From positions 32,001 through 96,000 of the IMG/VR virus record IMGVR_UViG_2595698952_000001: a stretch of 64,000 nucleotides of DNA, one strand, 5' to 3'. Positions within the stretch are counted from its first letter, which is position 1. Each line of letters begins with the position of its first letter. This document shows positions 1 through 7,706 of the stretch, in pieces. The translations under genes were made by a program, and so were the position numbers. A model generated the notes under the pieces. It saw nothing but the letters and a program-made list of their open reading frames with translations. It was not told where the DNA came from and did no database searches. This DNA is from a virus (taxonomy: Duplodnaviria; Caudoviricetes).

Positions 1-347
1 CGAAGTGGCGAGTAGCCGAAGCGAAGGGGATTCCGGCGATCAACACAACGGTGAAGTCGGGTCTGAAACATCTGGCACCGACGTGGGACTTTCTGAGCGT
101 GTATCAGAAGTCGGACAAGGGGCCGCAAGCGCAAGCTGATTATACCCGTTTGTACAATTTGAAGTTAGACCGGTTGTTAGATGACGACGCGGAGAAGCTC
201 GTGGAGATTCTTCGGATGGGGGAAGTGGCACTGATGTGTTATTGCCCTGCTGGCCAATTCTGCCACCGGTATTTGTTAGTCGAGAAACTGCGTGAAGTAG
301 CTGAATGGTTCGGTTATGAATTAGAGTACGCAGGAGAGTTAACCTAA
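1..347 (+). CDS. DUF488-like protein, 5' end outside the window
   Basis: The frame is open from position 3 (KWRVAEAKGIPAINTTVKSG...). C-terminal ALMCYC....CHR motif is typical of DUF488-family proteins. Confidence 0.6.
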   Translation, partial: KWRVAEAKGIPAINTTVKSGLKHLAPTWDFLSVYQKSDKGPQAQADYTRLYNLKLDRLLDDDAEKLVEILRMGEVALMCYCPAGQFCHRYLLVEKLREVAEWFGYELEYAGELT

Positions 348-350
348 AGG

Positions 351-794
351 ATGATGAACATGAAATTAATTATGCCCGCTAAAACTATCAAAAACTTTGA
401 CTACAACGCAATGATGAACGTGAACTCGTTGCGCGGTATTGTGCAAAATGCTGCACGTCGTCTGGAAGCAGAAATCGTTGAGTGTGACTACGAAGAGTTT
501 GTGAAGTATTCCTTCGTAGGTGAAGCGTACCGCATTGCACTTTACCATGCGTTGTATGCTGATGACATCAGCGATGTGAAGAACTACCTTTCGCGCTGTG
601 TGGAAGTCTTCCAGGGCGAACGCGAAGAGATGGCCTTTGTCGATGGGGAGTTCCCGGATTATGTCCGTGCCGGATTCGATAAGCTGTTGTCCAACATCAA
701 CAAGAAGCTGGAAGCCAACGGTGTATCCGGTGCCTATGGTAATGTGTCCCCGTCCTATTACGATAAAGATGCCAAGCAAACCCTGCTTCACTAA
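351..794 (+). CDS. hypothetical phage protein
   Basis: 147-aa ORF packed after the previous gene and followed by a terminator. Confidence 0.75.
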   Translation: MMNMKLIMPAKTIKNFDYNAMMNVNSLRGIVQNAARRLEAEIVECDYEEFVKYSFVGEAYRIALYHALYADDISDVKNYLSRCVEVFQGEREEMAFVDGEFPDYVRAGFDKLLSNINKKLEANGVSGAYGNVSPSYYDKDAKQTLLH

Positions 795-806
795 GCAGTG
801 TGTGCC

Positions 807-843
807 ACCCTACTCCGTGTGGAGTAGGGTTCTTCTTTTTTTA
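807..843 (+). terminator. intrinsic terminator
   Basis: ACCCTACTCC-gtgt-GGAGTAGGGT stem followed by a T tract. Confidence 0.85.
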
Positions 844-854
844 GCCTAAAAATA

Positions 855-879
855 TTCAGATAGATATTATCTCAGTGAA
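855..879 (+). promoter_or_regulatory. early-type promoter (variant copy)
   Basis: TTCAGATAGATATTATCTCAGTGAA resembles the motif at 6273 and 55445; it follows a terminator and precedes an operon. Confidence 0.6.
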
Positions 880-937
880 TGTGTGAAATTTACGCATACC
901 CCAGTCGATATGTATTGTCCCTTAAGGAGCATTTTCC

Positions 938-1345
938 ATGACTCAAAAAGTACAGAATAGCGGTATGTCTGGTGCCATCGGCAAGAACCTTTTTAAGGTT
1001 GCTTGTGTGGAAGTTGCAACGGATGTAGAAGGTGAAGGGGAAGTGAAACTGATGCACCGGGTGATTGACCTGGTGAACAAACACAACGAAAGTGAAGCCG
1101 ATTTCAAACTGGAAATCCTTCCTATCCCCCGCTGGCCCATTGGACAACGTACCATGATTGTCTTCGAACGTTTCATGAATTGTCTCCGCACGTTTGAAAG
1201 CGACCCAACACGTACCACCGCCGCCATGTTGGAAAGCGTATCTGTTCTGGCAGCCAACTACGATAAGCCCGTTGCCGTTGTCGGTGCTGGTCGACCAATC
1301 GGCCACAATTTTCTGACTGAACTCGTCAAACGTAACGCGCGATAA
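938..1345 (+). CDS. hypothetical protein
   Basis: AAGGAG RBS, 135 aa. Confidence 0.75.
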   Translation: MTQKVQNSGMSGAIGKNLFKVACVEVATDVEGEGEVKLMHRVIDLVNKHNESEADFKLEILPIPRWPIGQRTMIVFERFMNCLRTFESDPTRTTAAMLESVSVLAANYDKPVAVVGAGRPIGHNFLTELVKRNAR

Positions 1346-1370
1346 CCTAACCCCCTGAAGGAGTATTACC

Positions 1371-1889
1371 GTGTCATTAACCATTAACATGAACTTCTTT
1401 ACCAAGCGAGAGCGGCAGGTACTGGAGTCCGGTGCTGCTGCCGTGTCACCTGACCTGAACATTGACCCACTTAAAGCCAAAGTCGCAGAGATGTTTCCCG
1501 TGGGTGAGTGGGACATCTGGTACTTCCGCTGCCGCAGTGTGGCGAACGCGTTAACCCAGCTGTCGAATTACCATCCATCGGCCCGTGTGGAGGACTGGAT
1601 TTGGCGTGTACCCCGCACACCGACATCGGTGATGTACGAAGGGGGTGAGAAGCAGGTTTACATCAAACCCGTGGCTAACCCGCCCCGCCTGAACGAATTC
1701 CTGGAAGTTATCTGGGACAGACCGCGTGAAGAACTGCGTGCAATTGTTAACGTTTTAAGCGCGTTGCAAATTGATGGCGTGATGGGACTTCGCATGGAAT
1801 CCCGTGATGACAAGAAGTCGTACTGGGAACTGTCGTGGACAGAACCTAAGTTCGAAAACGTCAACCTTATTTTCCTGCACCGGGGGTAG
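1371..1889 (+). CDS. hypothetical protein
   Basis: AAGGAG RBS, GTG start, 172 aa. Confidence 0.75.
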   Translation: MSLTINMNFFTKRERQVLESGAAAVSPDLNIDPLKAKVAEMFPVGEWDIWYFRCRSVANALTQLSNYHPSARVEDWIWRVPRTPTSVMYEGGEKQVYIKPVANPPRLNEFLEVIWDRPREELRAIVNVLSALQIDGVMGLRMESRDDKKSYWELSWTEPKFENVNLIFLHRG

Positions 1890-1892
1890 GGT

Positions 1893-2183
1893 ATGTTGGA
1901 TTGGTTATTGGGTCTGATTAACAAACGCCAGGCACAACTTTATAAAGAGAACCAGGAGCTGCGTAAGTACAAACAAGGCTGGGATAAGCTGGCGACTGCG
2001 GCAGTTCAGTCTCAAGCGGCGCTTGCCCTTACCGCGAAGTTTATTGCCGCTGGCCGTACGCACTCTGTTGCCGACGCACAGAAGCTCGTCGAATTAGCCG
2101 AAGAACTTGGTCTCAAAGTAGACCATGCCATTTATCATCAATTAGAAGCGGAGAAATGCAATGGAAAACGTAACAGTAACTGA
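1893..2183 (+). CDS. hypothetical protein (helical)
   Basis: Tightly packed operon gene, 96 aa. Confidence 0.7.
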   Translation: MLDWLLGLINKRQAQLYKENQELRKYKQGWDKLATAAVQSQAALALTAKFIAAGRTHSVADAQKLVELAEELGLKVDHAIYHQLEAEKCNGKRNSN

Positions 2184-2571
2184 CCCGAAAGAAGAACTGG
2201 CACTGGCGCTTAAGTCGATGGAAATTCATCAGTTGCAAAGTCTCCAGCACGAAACGGCCGGACAACGTGATCACTTCATCACTGTGGCACAAGCAGCGAT
2301 TAACCTGAATAAGGTCTTGCTGCAAAAGCTGTACAATTTAGAACACGCAACCGTCCATGCCAAAGGTCTGGCTGATGCTTCGGAGAAAGTTACCGACGTC
2401 CGCCTGTTCGCGTCTAATCAGATGGAGAAAGTACAAAATGAATGGGATGTTGCCTGCAATAGTGAACGTAGTACCAACGACCCCCGCAAAGTTGGAGCGA
2501 AACCGGGACTCTTCGTCGGTGACACAACCGTCGCTGAATATACCGGCTTCAATCGGGATGGCCATCGCTAA
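2161..2571 (+). CDS. hypothetical protein (coiled-coil-like)
   Basis: GGAG RBS, overlaps both neighbours. Confidence 0.7.
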   Translation: MENVTVTDPKEELALALKSMEIHQLQSLQHETAGQRDHFITVAQAAINLNKVLLQKLYNLEHATVHAKGLADASEKVTDVRLFASNQMEKVQNEWDVACNSERSTNDPRKVGAKPGLFVGDTTVAEYTGFNRDGHR

Positions 2572-3067
2572 CGAGTTAATGCGTCTGGGGATTACAAAGC
2601 TGGATTATATTCATCCGGCTTTGCACCCGACTGCGGATAACATGGAAGCGAAGTTCTGGTATGACCAGGCGAAGGTCATGGGTGTCAAACAGCTGGTACG
2701 CAGTTTAATCAAACTCACGTACCTGTCTGGGTTTATCGAACATCCGCTGTACCACGAACTGATGATGCTCCAGTGTGCGGAGCCGGTTACACCGGATGAA
2801 ATGGTTGAGCGGATGTACCGGGTGTTTGAGAATGCGACAGAGTGTCACTTCCCAGACATCCGTGAATGCACAGTAGAATTTAAACGGGGTAATGATTGTG
2901 GACTCTACTTCGAATGTGAACCTGTCTGGCATGTCGCCGATGGAGATTGCACAGTACCTGATGCAGGGCGGTTTATTGGCGGATACGCCGGAGAACGCGA
3001 CAAAGATAGTGATGTCGCTAATGGTCACCAAAGGGCACTACCACGAGGTCGTTTTCCTTGGGAGTGA
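2558..3067 (+). CDS. hypothetical protein (probable start MAIANEL at 2558)
   Basis: ATG overlaps the upstream gene end; the 3' part overlaps the next ORF. Confidence 0.6.
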   Translation: MAIANELMRLGITKLDYIHPALHPTADNMEAKFWYDQAKVMGVKQLVRSLIKLTYLSGFIEHPLYHELMMLQCAEPVTPDEMVERMYRVFENATECHFPDIRECTVEFKRGNDCGLYFECEPVWHVADGDCTVPDAGRFIGGYAGERDKDSDVANGHQRALPRGRFPWE

Positions 3068-3215
3068 GATTTGTGTGCGGACACATTGTCGTCGTCATGA
3101 GGCAGGTCGCGTGCCGTTAACCTTAGGGGGTGCATTGCTACTGATGTCACATGCTGACCACTATGTTAACGATTGCATGATGTGGGTTGCAAAAGGTGGA
3201 GATAATGGGTTTTAG
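2892..3215 (+). CDS. hypothetical protein
   Basis: GGGG before the ATG, protein-like composition, overlaps the next gene start. Confidence 0.55.
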   Translation: MIVDSTSNVNLSGMSPMEIAQYLMQGGLLADTPENATKIVMSLMVTKGHYHEVVFLGSEICVRTHCRRHEAGRVPLTLGGALLLMSHADHYVNDCMMWVAKGGDNGF

Positions 3216-3438
3216 AAAATGGATAACGTCGTTTGGGGCAAGTGCACGATTGCAGCACCGTATCCAAATGCTCGAACTGGAGCTAGAGGCTGCACAGCTG
3301 GCCCACAAGGGCACGCAAGACGCGTATCGTCAGGCGTTTAAAGAGATCTATGCCGAACTCCAGGACATTAAACGAGAAATACAGTGGAGCGATGTCCCTG
3401 TAGATTTCCCGTTAACCCCAGAGGTGAGCAATGGCTAA
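3205..3438 (+). CDS. hypothetical coiled-coil protein
   Basis: GGTGGAG RBS before ATG 3205. Confidence 0.7.
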   Translation: MGFRKWITSFGASARLQHRIQMLELELEAAQLAHKGTQDAYRQAFKEIYAELQDIKREIQWSDVPVDFPLTPEVSNG

Positions 3439-3679
3439 ATTAGTTGCTTGGTTCAGAAACACGTTCTACACAAACTGGCGTGCTGCGGAGGATGAATTGA
3501 CTGCGACACTGGAACACGAGCGTATATTCACAATCGCAATGGTTGAATACATGCTGGAAGGTGACTTTACTCGCGAAGAAATTCTGACGGTAATGCGTCA
3601 TGGTCGCACACCACAGGATCAGGCCAAAATCGAGAAAGAGATCTTCGCCCTGAAAAATGGTAGCGTGCACAATGGCTAA
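3431..3679 (+). CDS. hypothetical protein
   Basis: GAGGTG RBS, 8-bp overlap with the upstream gene. Confidence 0.7.
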   Translation: MAKLVAWFRNTFYTNWRAAEDELTATLEHERIFTIAMVEYMLEGDFTREEILTVMRHGRTPQDQAKIEKEIFALKNGSVHNG

Positions 3680-4016
3680 ACGTCTCCGTATCACTTTTCT
3701 TGAAAACTCGCTTTCTATCTATCAGGGTAAAAAGCGTATCTATCACGAACCGTTTGTTCCTGTTGAATTCTTTGCAGGACGTATCACAGGTGTGGACAAA
3801 CGTACTACCCATCTACAGAAGGTGGCTTGTGGTGCGATTGCCCGTACGCTGAGAGAACGGCAACTGTGGGCACTTCATCAGTGGTGGAAGAACGCATACC
3901 GCACAGCACGCCCTGCCTGTTTGGACTGGACGCCTCGTGTTCACTTTAACCTGTTGCCTGTAATGACGAAGATTGATATCAAAGATTTAAACGAAATGCT
4001 CACGGTACGCCCGTGA
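3672..4016 (+). CDS. hypothetical basic protein
   Basis: Overlapping start MAKRLRI; contains IYQGKKRI. Confidence 0.7.
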   Translation: MAKRLRITFLENSLSIYQGKKRIYHEPFVPVEFFAGRITGVDKRTTHLQKVACGAIARTLRERQLWALHQWWKNAYRTARPACLDWTPRVHFNLLPVMTKIDIKDLNEMLTVRP

Positions 4017-4035
4017 AACCAAACCCTTAAGGAGT

Positions 4036-5292
4036 ATGAAAATGTTAAAACCCCGTAAGCAAGTCCGTCTGCAAATGGTAAAAGTAGAATTGCCTCGCAG
4101 TTCTCGTGCAGACTGTGCCAACATCTACCTTGGCAAAAAGCTGATAAAGCACATTGGCCGTAAGACCTTGTACGAGGCAGGTAAGCATGTCCGCGATATC
4201 GTTGAAGATCGCAACGGCGAGAAAGGTGATTATTTCCAGTTACGCAAACCTCTGCGTGACGCTTACCGCCTGACTCAACTGGAATGGTTACTCAGTTGGG
4301 TACCTGGCCGTAACACGTTGTACATGCTGCGTAAGTTCCCACGTCCCGTAGTGACTGCGGCAATGAAGAAAGCCCAGGAAGAAGCATTCAGAGACATCCT
4401 GGATTCCTGGGATATGCCCACCATGTTAACTCGCAACGTTGAGCCGTCCCCCGACATCAGAAAGCTTTACGATCGTCTTCGTGAGAGACACGCGGGTAAA
4501 CCGATGACAGTTATTGTACCCAGCGCACCTCGGTTACCGGGCCGTTCGTCATTTGAAGCATACGTGCGCAGTGGTGCGACGTGTTCGCCTGCACATCAAC
4601 GTATGCTGGATATTCAGGCGGCGTTAAACCTGCTCGGTGTGAAGGACTTCAAAGCCCTGCGGATAAGCGATGTGGATATGTCCGGCATCGACGAGCCTGA
4701 GCGTAAGTTCCATGCTGCGTCTGTACTGGTGACACTGGGTGGTAAACCGCTTGACCGTAAAGAGAACTCGCGCTTGGCTGGCATCATCGCTAACTTCCTG
4801 ACCGAGTTCCGGCGGCAGGTCGGTGTCGAACGCATGTTGGCCTACCCGTCCACTGGCCCACAGATTCATCGTTGGTTAGCCCACATCGGTACTATCGTTC
4901 CCACGTTAGGTACATTGCCGAAGCGTGAGAACGCCATTGACTTCTTAACTGAACAGCAGTGGGGTGTGTTCGGGGTGAACTTCCACGAACTCATTAAGTC
5001 GGTTCACGTCTCCTTGTGTTTGTTGGATAAGAGCGAACGCCACGGTCGTATTGGGGCAATGGGTGACCATTTCCCAAATGGTGAGCTGGATATTTACGCT
5101 TGGCCATCCCAGCGTATTGCCGATAAAGAAATAGATATTGACAGTATGCCGTTATTGCACGTCGGTGAAGTCGATGGTGCGAAATACTTTGCGCAAGTTC
5201 TCAAAACGCGTAAAGCAGGCAAAGGTCAAGAGTTCACAATTGACTCACTCGGTGCGTTTAAAGAAGACCCTAAAGGAGAAAGTGATGCTTAA
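4036..5292 (+). CDS. hypothetical protein with basic N-terminus
   Basis: AAGGAG RBS, 418 aa; contains IYLGKKLI. Confidence 0.8.
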   Translation: MKMLKPRKQVRLQMVKVELPRSSRADCANIYLGKKLIKHIGRKTLYEAGKHVRDIVEDRNGEKGDYFQLRKPLRDAYRLTQLEWLLSWVPGRNTLYMLRKFPRPVVTAAMKKAQEEAFRDILDSWDMPTMLTRNVEPSPDIRKLYDRLRERHAGKPMTVIVPSAPRLPGRSSFEAYVRSGATCSPAHQRMLDIQAALNLLGVKDFKALRISDVDMSGIDEPERKFHAASVLVTLGGKPLDRKENSRLAGIIANFLTEFRRQVGVERMLAYPSTGPQIHRWLAHIGTIVPTLGTLPKRENAIDFLTEQQWGVFGVNFHELIKSVHVSLCLLDKSERHGRIGAMGDHFPNGELDIYAWPSQRIADKEIDIDSMPLLHVGEVDGAKYFAQVLKTRKAGKGQEFTIDSLGAFKEDPKGESDA

Positions 5293-6205
5293 GCCTAAGA
5301 AACGTAAGAACGGGGCGGTAATTCTGTCACCCCGTATCTGTGTGGCGGTGGGTAAGAAACTGATTGCACAGGACGGCAAGTGGGTCAGCGAAGGGTTTAG
5401 TAAATACGCTTCACTGTCCATGTGCGCAGACATGTTAAAGATGCATGGGAAGGCAGGTCGTAATCGTCGGGCACAGATGTCGAAGGTTATCCGTACGGTT
5501 GCAGGCTGGTACATGCGCTACATGAAGAAGAACTTCCCACAAGCAGCCACAACGTTTGAAGAAGGGACTTTTGTTCGCACAGAACCAACCGCGATCGGTG
5601 GTGAGCTCCCGATGCGAACTGGCACCGCGTTGCAGCCTAGACTGTATGCTTCGCTGACTAACCGCCCGGAGTCAAAACCAACCCCACCGGAAATTGAACG
5701 TATCCTTCGTTCTAAACGCCACGCAGTTAAGAGCGCACCAAATGAGAACGGTGCCCGTCTGGAAACCGTCTTCACGCATTACGAAGAAGGTGGTTACGGT
5801 GTGTTCAGTCGTTGGGTCGATGACCAAGGTCGTCCAACCAACAGCAAAGGTGAGCTGCTGAACCTGCCGGAAATCAAAGGTGTGAAACTTAAGAGCGGTG
5901 GGAACACTGAAGGTATTCCCGCCAAACTTATCGACACGCTGGATGATGAAACGATGGCCGACATTGTTAAAGAATACGGTAACGCCGCAGAACAATCGTT
6001 GCTGGATTCTATCAAACTCGGTGCACCTAACGAAGTGGATTCCAACAAGGTGAAGGATGTGTTGAAGGTCATCCTCACTCGCTATGTGCAGAAAGAGTTG
6101 AAGGTGTCTCTGCCACACAGCAAGGTTGACGTGAAGTTCCGTAGTCCGACTATGGAAGACATCGATAATCTGCGTGATGCCTTACAGGAACGTGATGGGA
6201 AATAA
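5285..6205 (+). CDS. hypothetical protein with basic N-terminus (start MLKPKK)
   Basis: AAGGAG RBS before ATG 5285; contains VAVGKKLI; followed by a terminator. Confidence 0.8.
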   Translation: MLKPKKRKNGAVILSPRICVAVGKKLIAQDGKWVSEGFSKYASLSMCADMLKMHGKAGRNRRAQMSKVIRTVAGWYMRYMKKNFPQAATTFEEGTFVRTEPTAIGGELPMRTGTALQPRLYASLTNRPESKPTPPEIERILRSKRHAVKSAPNENGARLETVFTHYEEGGYGVFSRWVDDQGRPTNSKGELLNLPEIKGVKLKSGGNTEGIPAKLIDTLDDETMADIVKEYGNAAEQSLLDSIKLGAPNEVDSNKVKDVLKVILTRYVQKELKVSLPHSKVDVKFRSPTMEDIDNLRDALQERDGK

Positions 6206-6214
6206 ATAAGTGGC

Positions 6215-6250
6215 ACCCTACTCCTCCGGGAGTAGGGTATTTCTTTTTTT
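6215..6250 (+). terminator. intrinsic terminator
   Basis: ACCCTACTCC-tccg-GGAGTAGGGT plus T tract; the stem is identical to the one at 807. Confidence 0.85.
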
Positions 6251-6272
6251 GTCTCAGCATTGATTAAAAATA

Positions 6273-6299
6273 ATTTCAGATATATATTACTTAGGTGAG
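6273..6299 (+). promoter_or_regulatory. phiKZ-type early promoter (TATATTAC core)
   Basis: ATTTCAGATATATATTACTTAGGTGAG, with an identical 27-mer at 55445. TATATTAC is the phiKZ early-promoter core. Confidence 0.75.
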
Positions 6300-6352
6300 A
6301 GTTAATACAAATCTCTTACTAATCGACCATTTAACCTAAAGGAATTTGAATC

Positions 6353-6709
6353 ATGACTATCGTAACTACTGGTGTTCTGAATGCGCGTCTGGCAGAAACT
6401 GTTGCAGTGATTAAAGAAACTGATGCGCTTTACAATGACCACCGTGACGGTGAGAAATACCTGAGCTATGCCGACATTAAATACTTCGGCGTAGCTTACC
6501 ATCCGGAGTTCGGTCTGTGCTTAGTCGCAGCCCATTCTCCCGTACAGTCGCTGAACCGCATCACGGTTCGCGATGGTAAAGCTTACATCACCACTTGGGA
6601 TGTAGGCGGTACTCTGCGTGCTGATTGGCACAAGGACGACATGGAAGCAGCATTGAACGCGCTCATGTCAGCGAAGTACAGCAACCTGGTTGCAATCTTC
6701 AAAGCGTAA
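6353..6709 (+). CDS. early hypothetical protein
   Basis: AAGGA RBS; codon choice looks like highly expressed genes. Confidence 0.8.
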   Translation: MTIVTTGVLNARLAETVAVIKETDALYNDHRDGEKYLSYADIKYFGVAYHPEFGLCLVAAHSPVQSLNRITVRDGKAYITTWDVGGTLRADWHKDDMEAALNALMSAKYSNLVAIFKA

Positions 6710-6772
6710 GACAACCCTTGGCCACCACACGGTGGCCTTTCTAATTCGACTATTACCATTAGGAGCATTACC

Positions 6773-7201
6773 ATGTTTACACTGAACTCTGAATTACGTG
6801 ACTTCGTTCGCAACAACCCTAACGTTGCCTCTCTCGTTATCGTCATCGCCGTTAATGGGCAGGACCCGAACGAATACGCTATTGAACAATACGAAGCGTT
6901 GCTCAAAGAAGCAAAACGTGCAGCGCTGTATGCACCACTGCCGAAGCGCGAACATTTCCCAGAAGGCGAACTGGGCGATACCATCTATCACGATATTCGT
7001 GCGCAATACTTCGTCAACCAACGCGTGTTCGATATTGAACAAGCACCACTCGAAGGTCGTACCTTCGGTGACATGATTCGCAACTGGCGCGAAGAACTGA
7101 TGAAAGATAACACTATCGCTGAACTCAGCAAATCTTTCAGCCAGACTTCACTGGACTTCGAGCAGCGTAACATCGCACTCGCTACCCATCGCGTTATCTA
7201 A
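6773..7201 (+). CDS. early hypothetical protein
   Basis: AGGAG RBS, 142 aa. Confidence 0.8.
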   Translation: MFTLNSELRDFVRNNPNVASLVIVIAVNGQDPNEYAIEQYEALLKEAKRAALYAPLPKREHFPEGELGDTIYHDIRAQYFVNQRVFDIEQAPLEGRTFGDMIRNWREELMKDNTIAELSKSFSQTSLDFEQRNIALATHRVI

Positions 7202-7210
7202 GTAACACTC

Positions 7211-7237
7211 GGGAGAGCCTAGGCTCTCCCTTCTCTT
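7211..7237 (+). terminator. hairpin / weak terminator
   Basis: GGGAGAGCCTAGGCTCTCCC palindrome followed by TTCTCTT. Confidence 0.6.
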
Positions 7238-7275
7238 ATACTCATCTCAAATCTAAGACAAAAAGGAAATTCACC

Positions 7276-7509
7276 ATGCGCAACTTATTCACTGCTACTA
7301 CTACTTCTGTAATCGCTACCGCTTCTGCTGGCAGCAAAACTACTTCTCGCAAACCTGACCTGCTAGACGTCCTGCTGAAACTGTCTCACACCGAGCGTGA
7401 AGCAGTCATGAAAGAACTGAAAGAAGGCAACAAAATGGTAGACAAATTAGATGTGGTCTACGGTTCTAAAGACAAGAAGGATTCTGGCGGTCTGCTGTTC
7501 ATGGCCTAA
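7276..7509 (+). CDS. small early hypothetical protein
   Basis: AAGGA RBS, 77 aa, Thr/Ser-rich N-terminus. Confidence 0.75.
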   Translation: MRNLFTATTTSVIATASAGSKTTSRKPDLLDVLLKLSHTEREAVMKELKEGNKMVDKLDVVYGSKDKKDSGGLLFMA

Positions 7510-7515
7510 GGCTAA

Positions 7516-7608
7516 CGCGATGCGAAACTATTACTTGCGATGTTGATGTCCTGGGGAAACCTGGGGCATCACATCGTGACGTAATCATCGCGCTTTTCTT
7601 TTTTTTTT
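7516..7608 (+). terminator. long imperfect RNA hairpin (GAAA tetraloop) plus U tract
   Basis: CGCGATG...CATCGCG outer stem, G.U-rich inner stem, then CTTTTCTTTTTTTTTT. Confidence 0.65.
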
Positions 7609-7706
7609 CGTTTGCCCCTTGAGCACGATACCGTTTCATTTTGAATCTGTTCTCCTGACGGAAATTGCTATGCAATAAACCGAACCTTACTACACAGGAG
7701 AGCACC

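Noticed and set aside
1270-1345. VAVVGAGRPIG Rossmann-like motif in ORF 938-1345
   Set aside because: It lies at the extreme C-terminus, with no room for a dinucleotide-binding domain.
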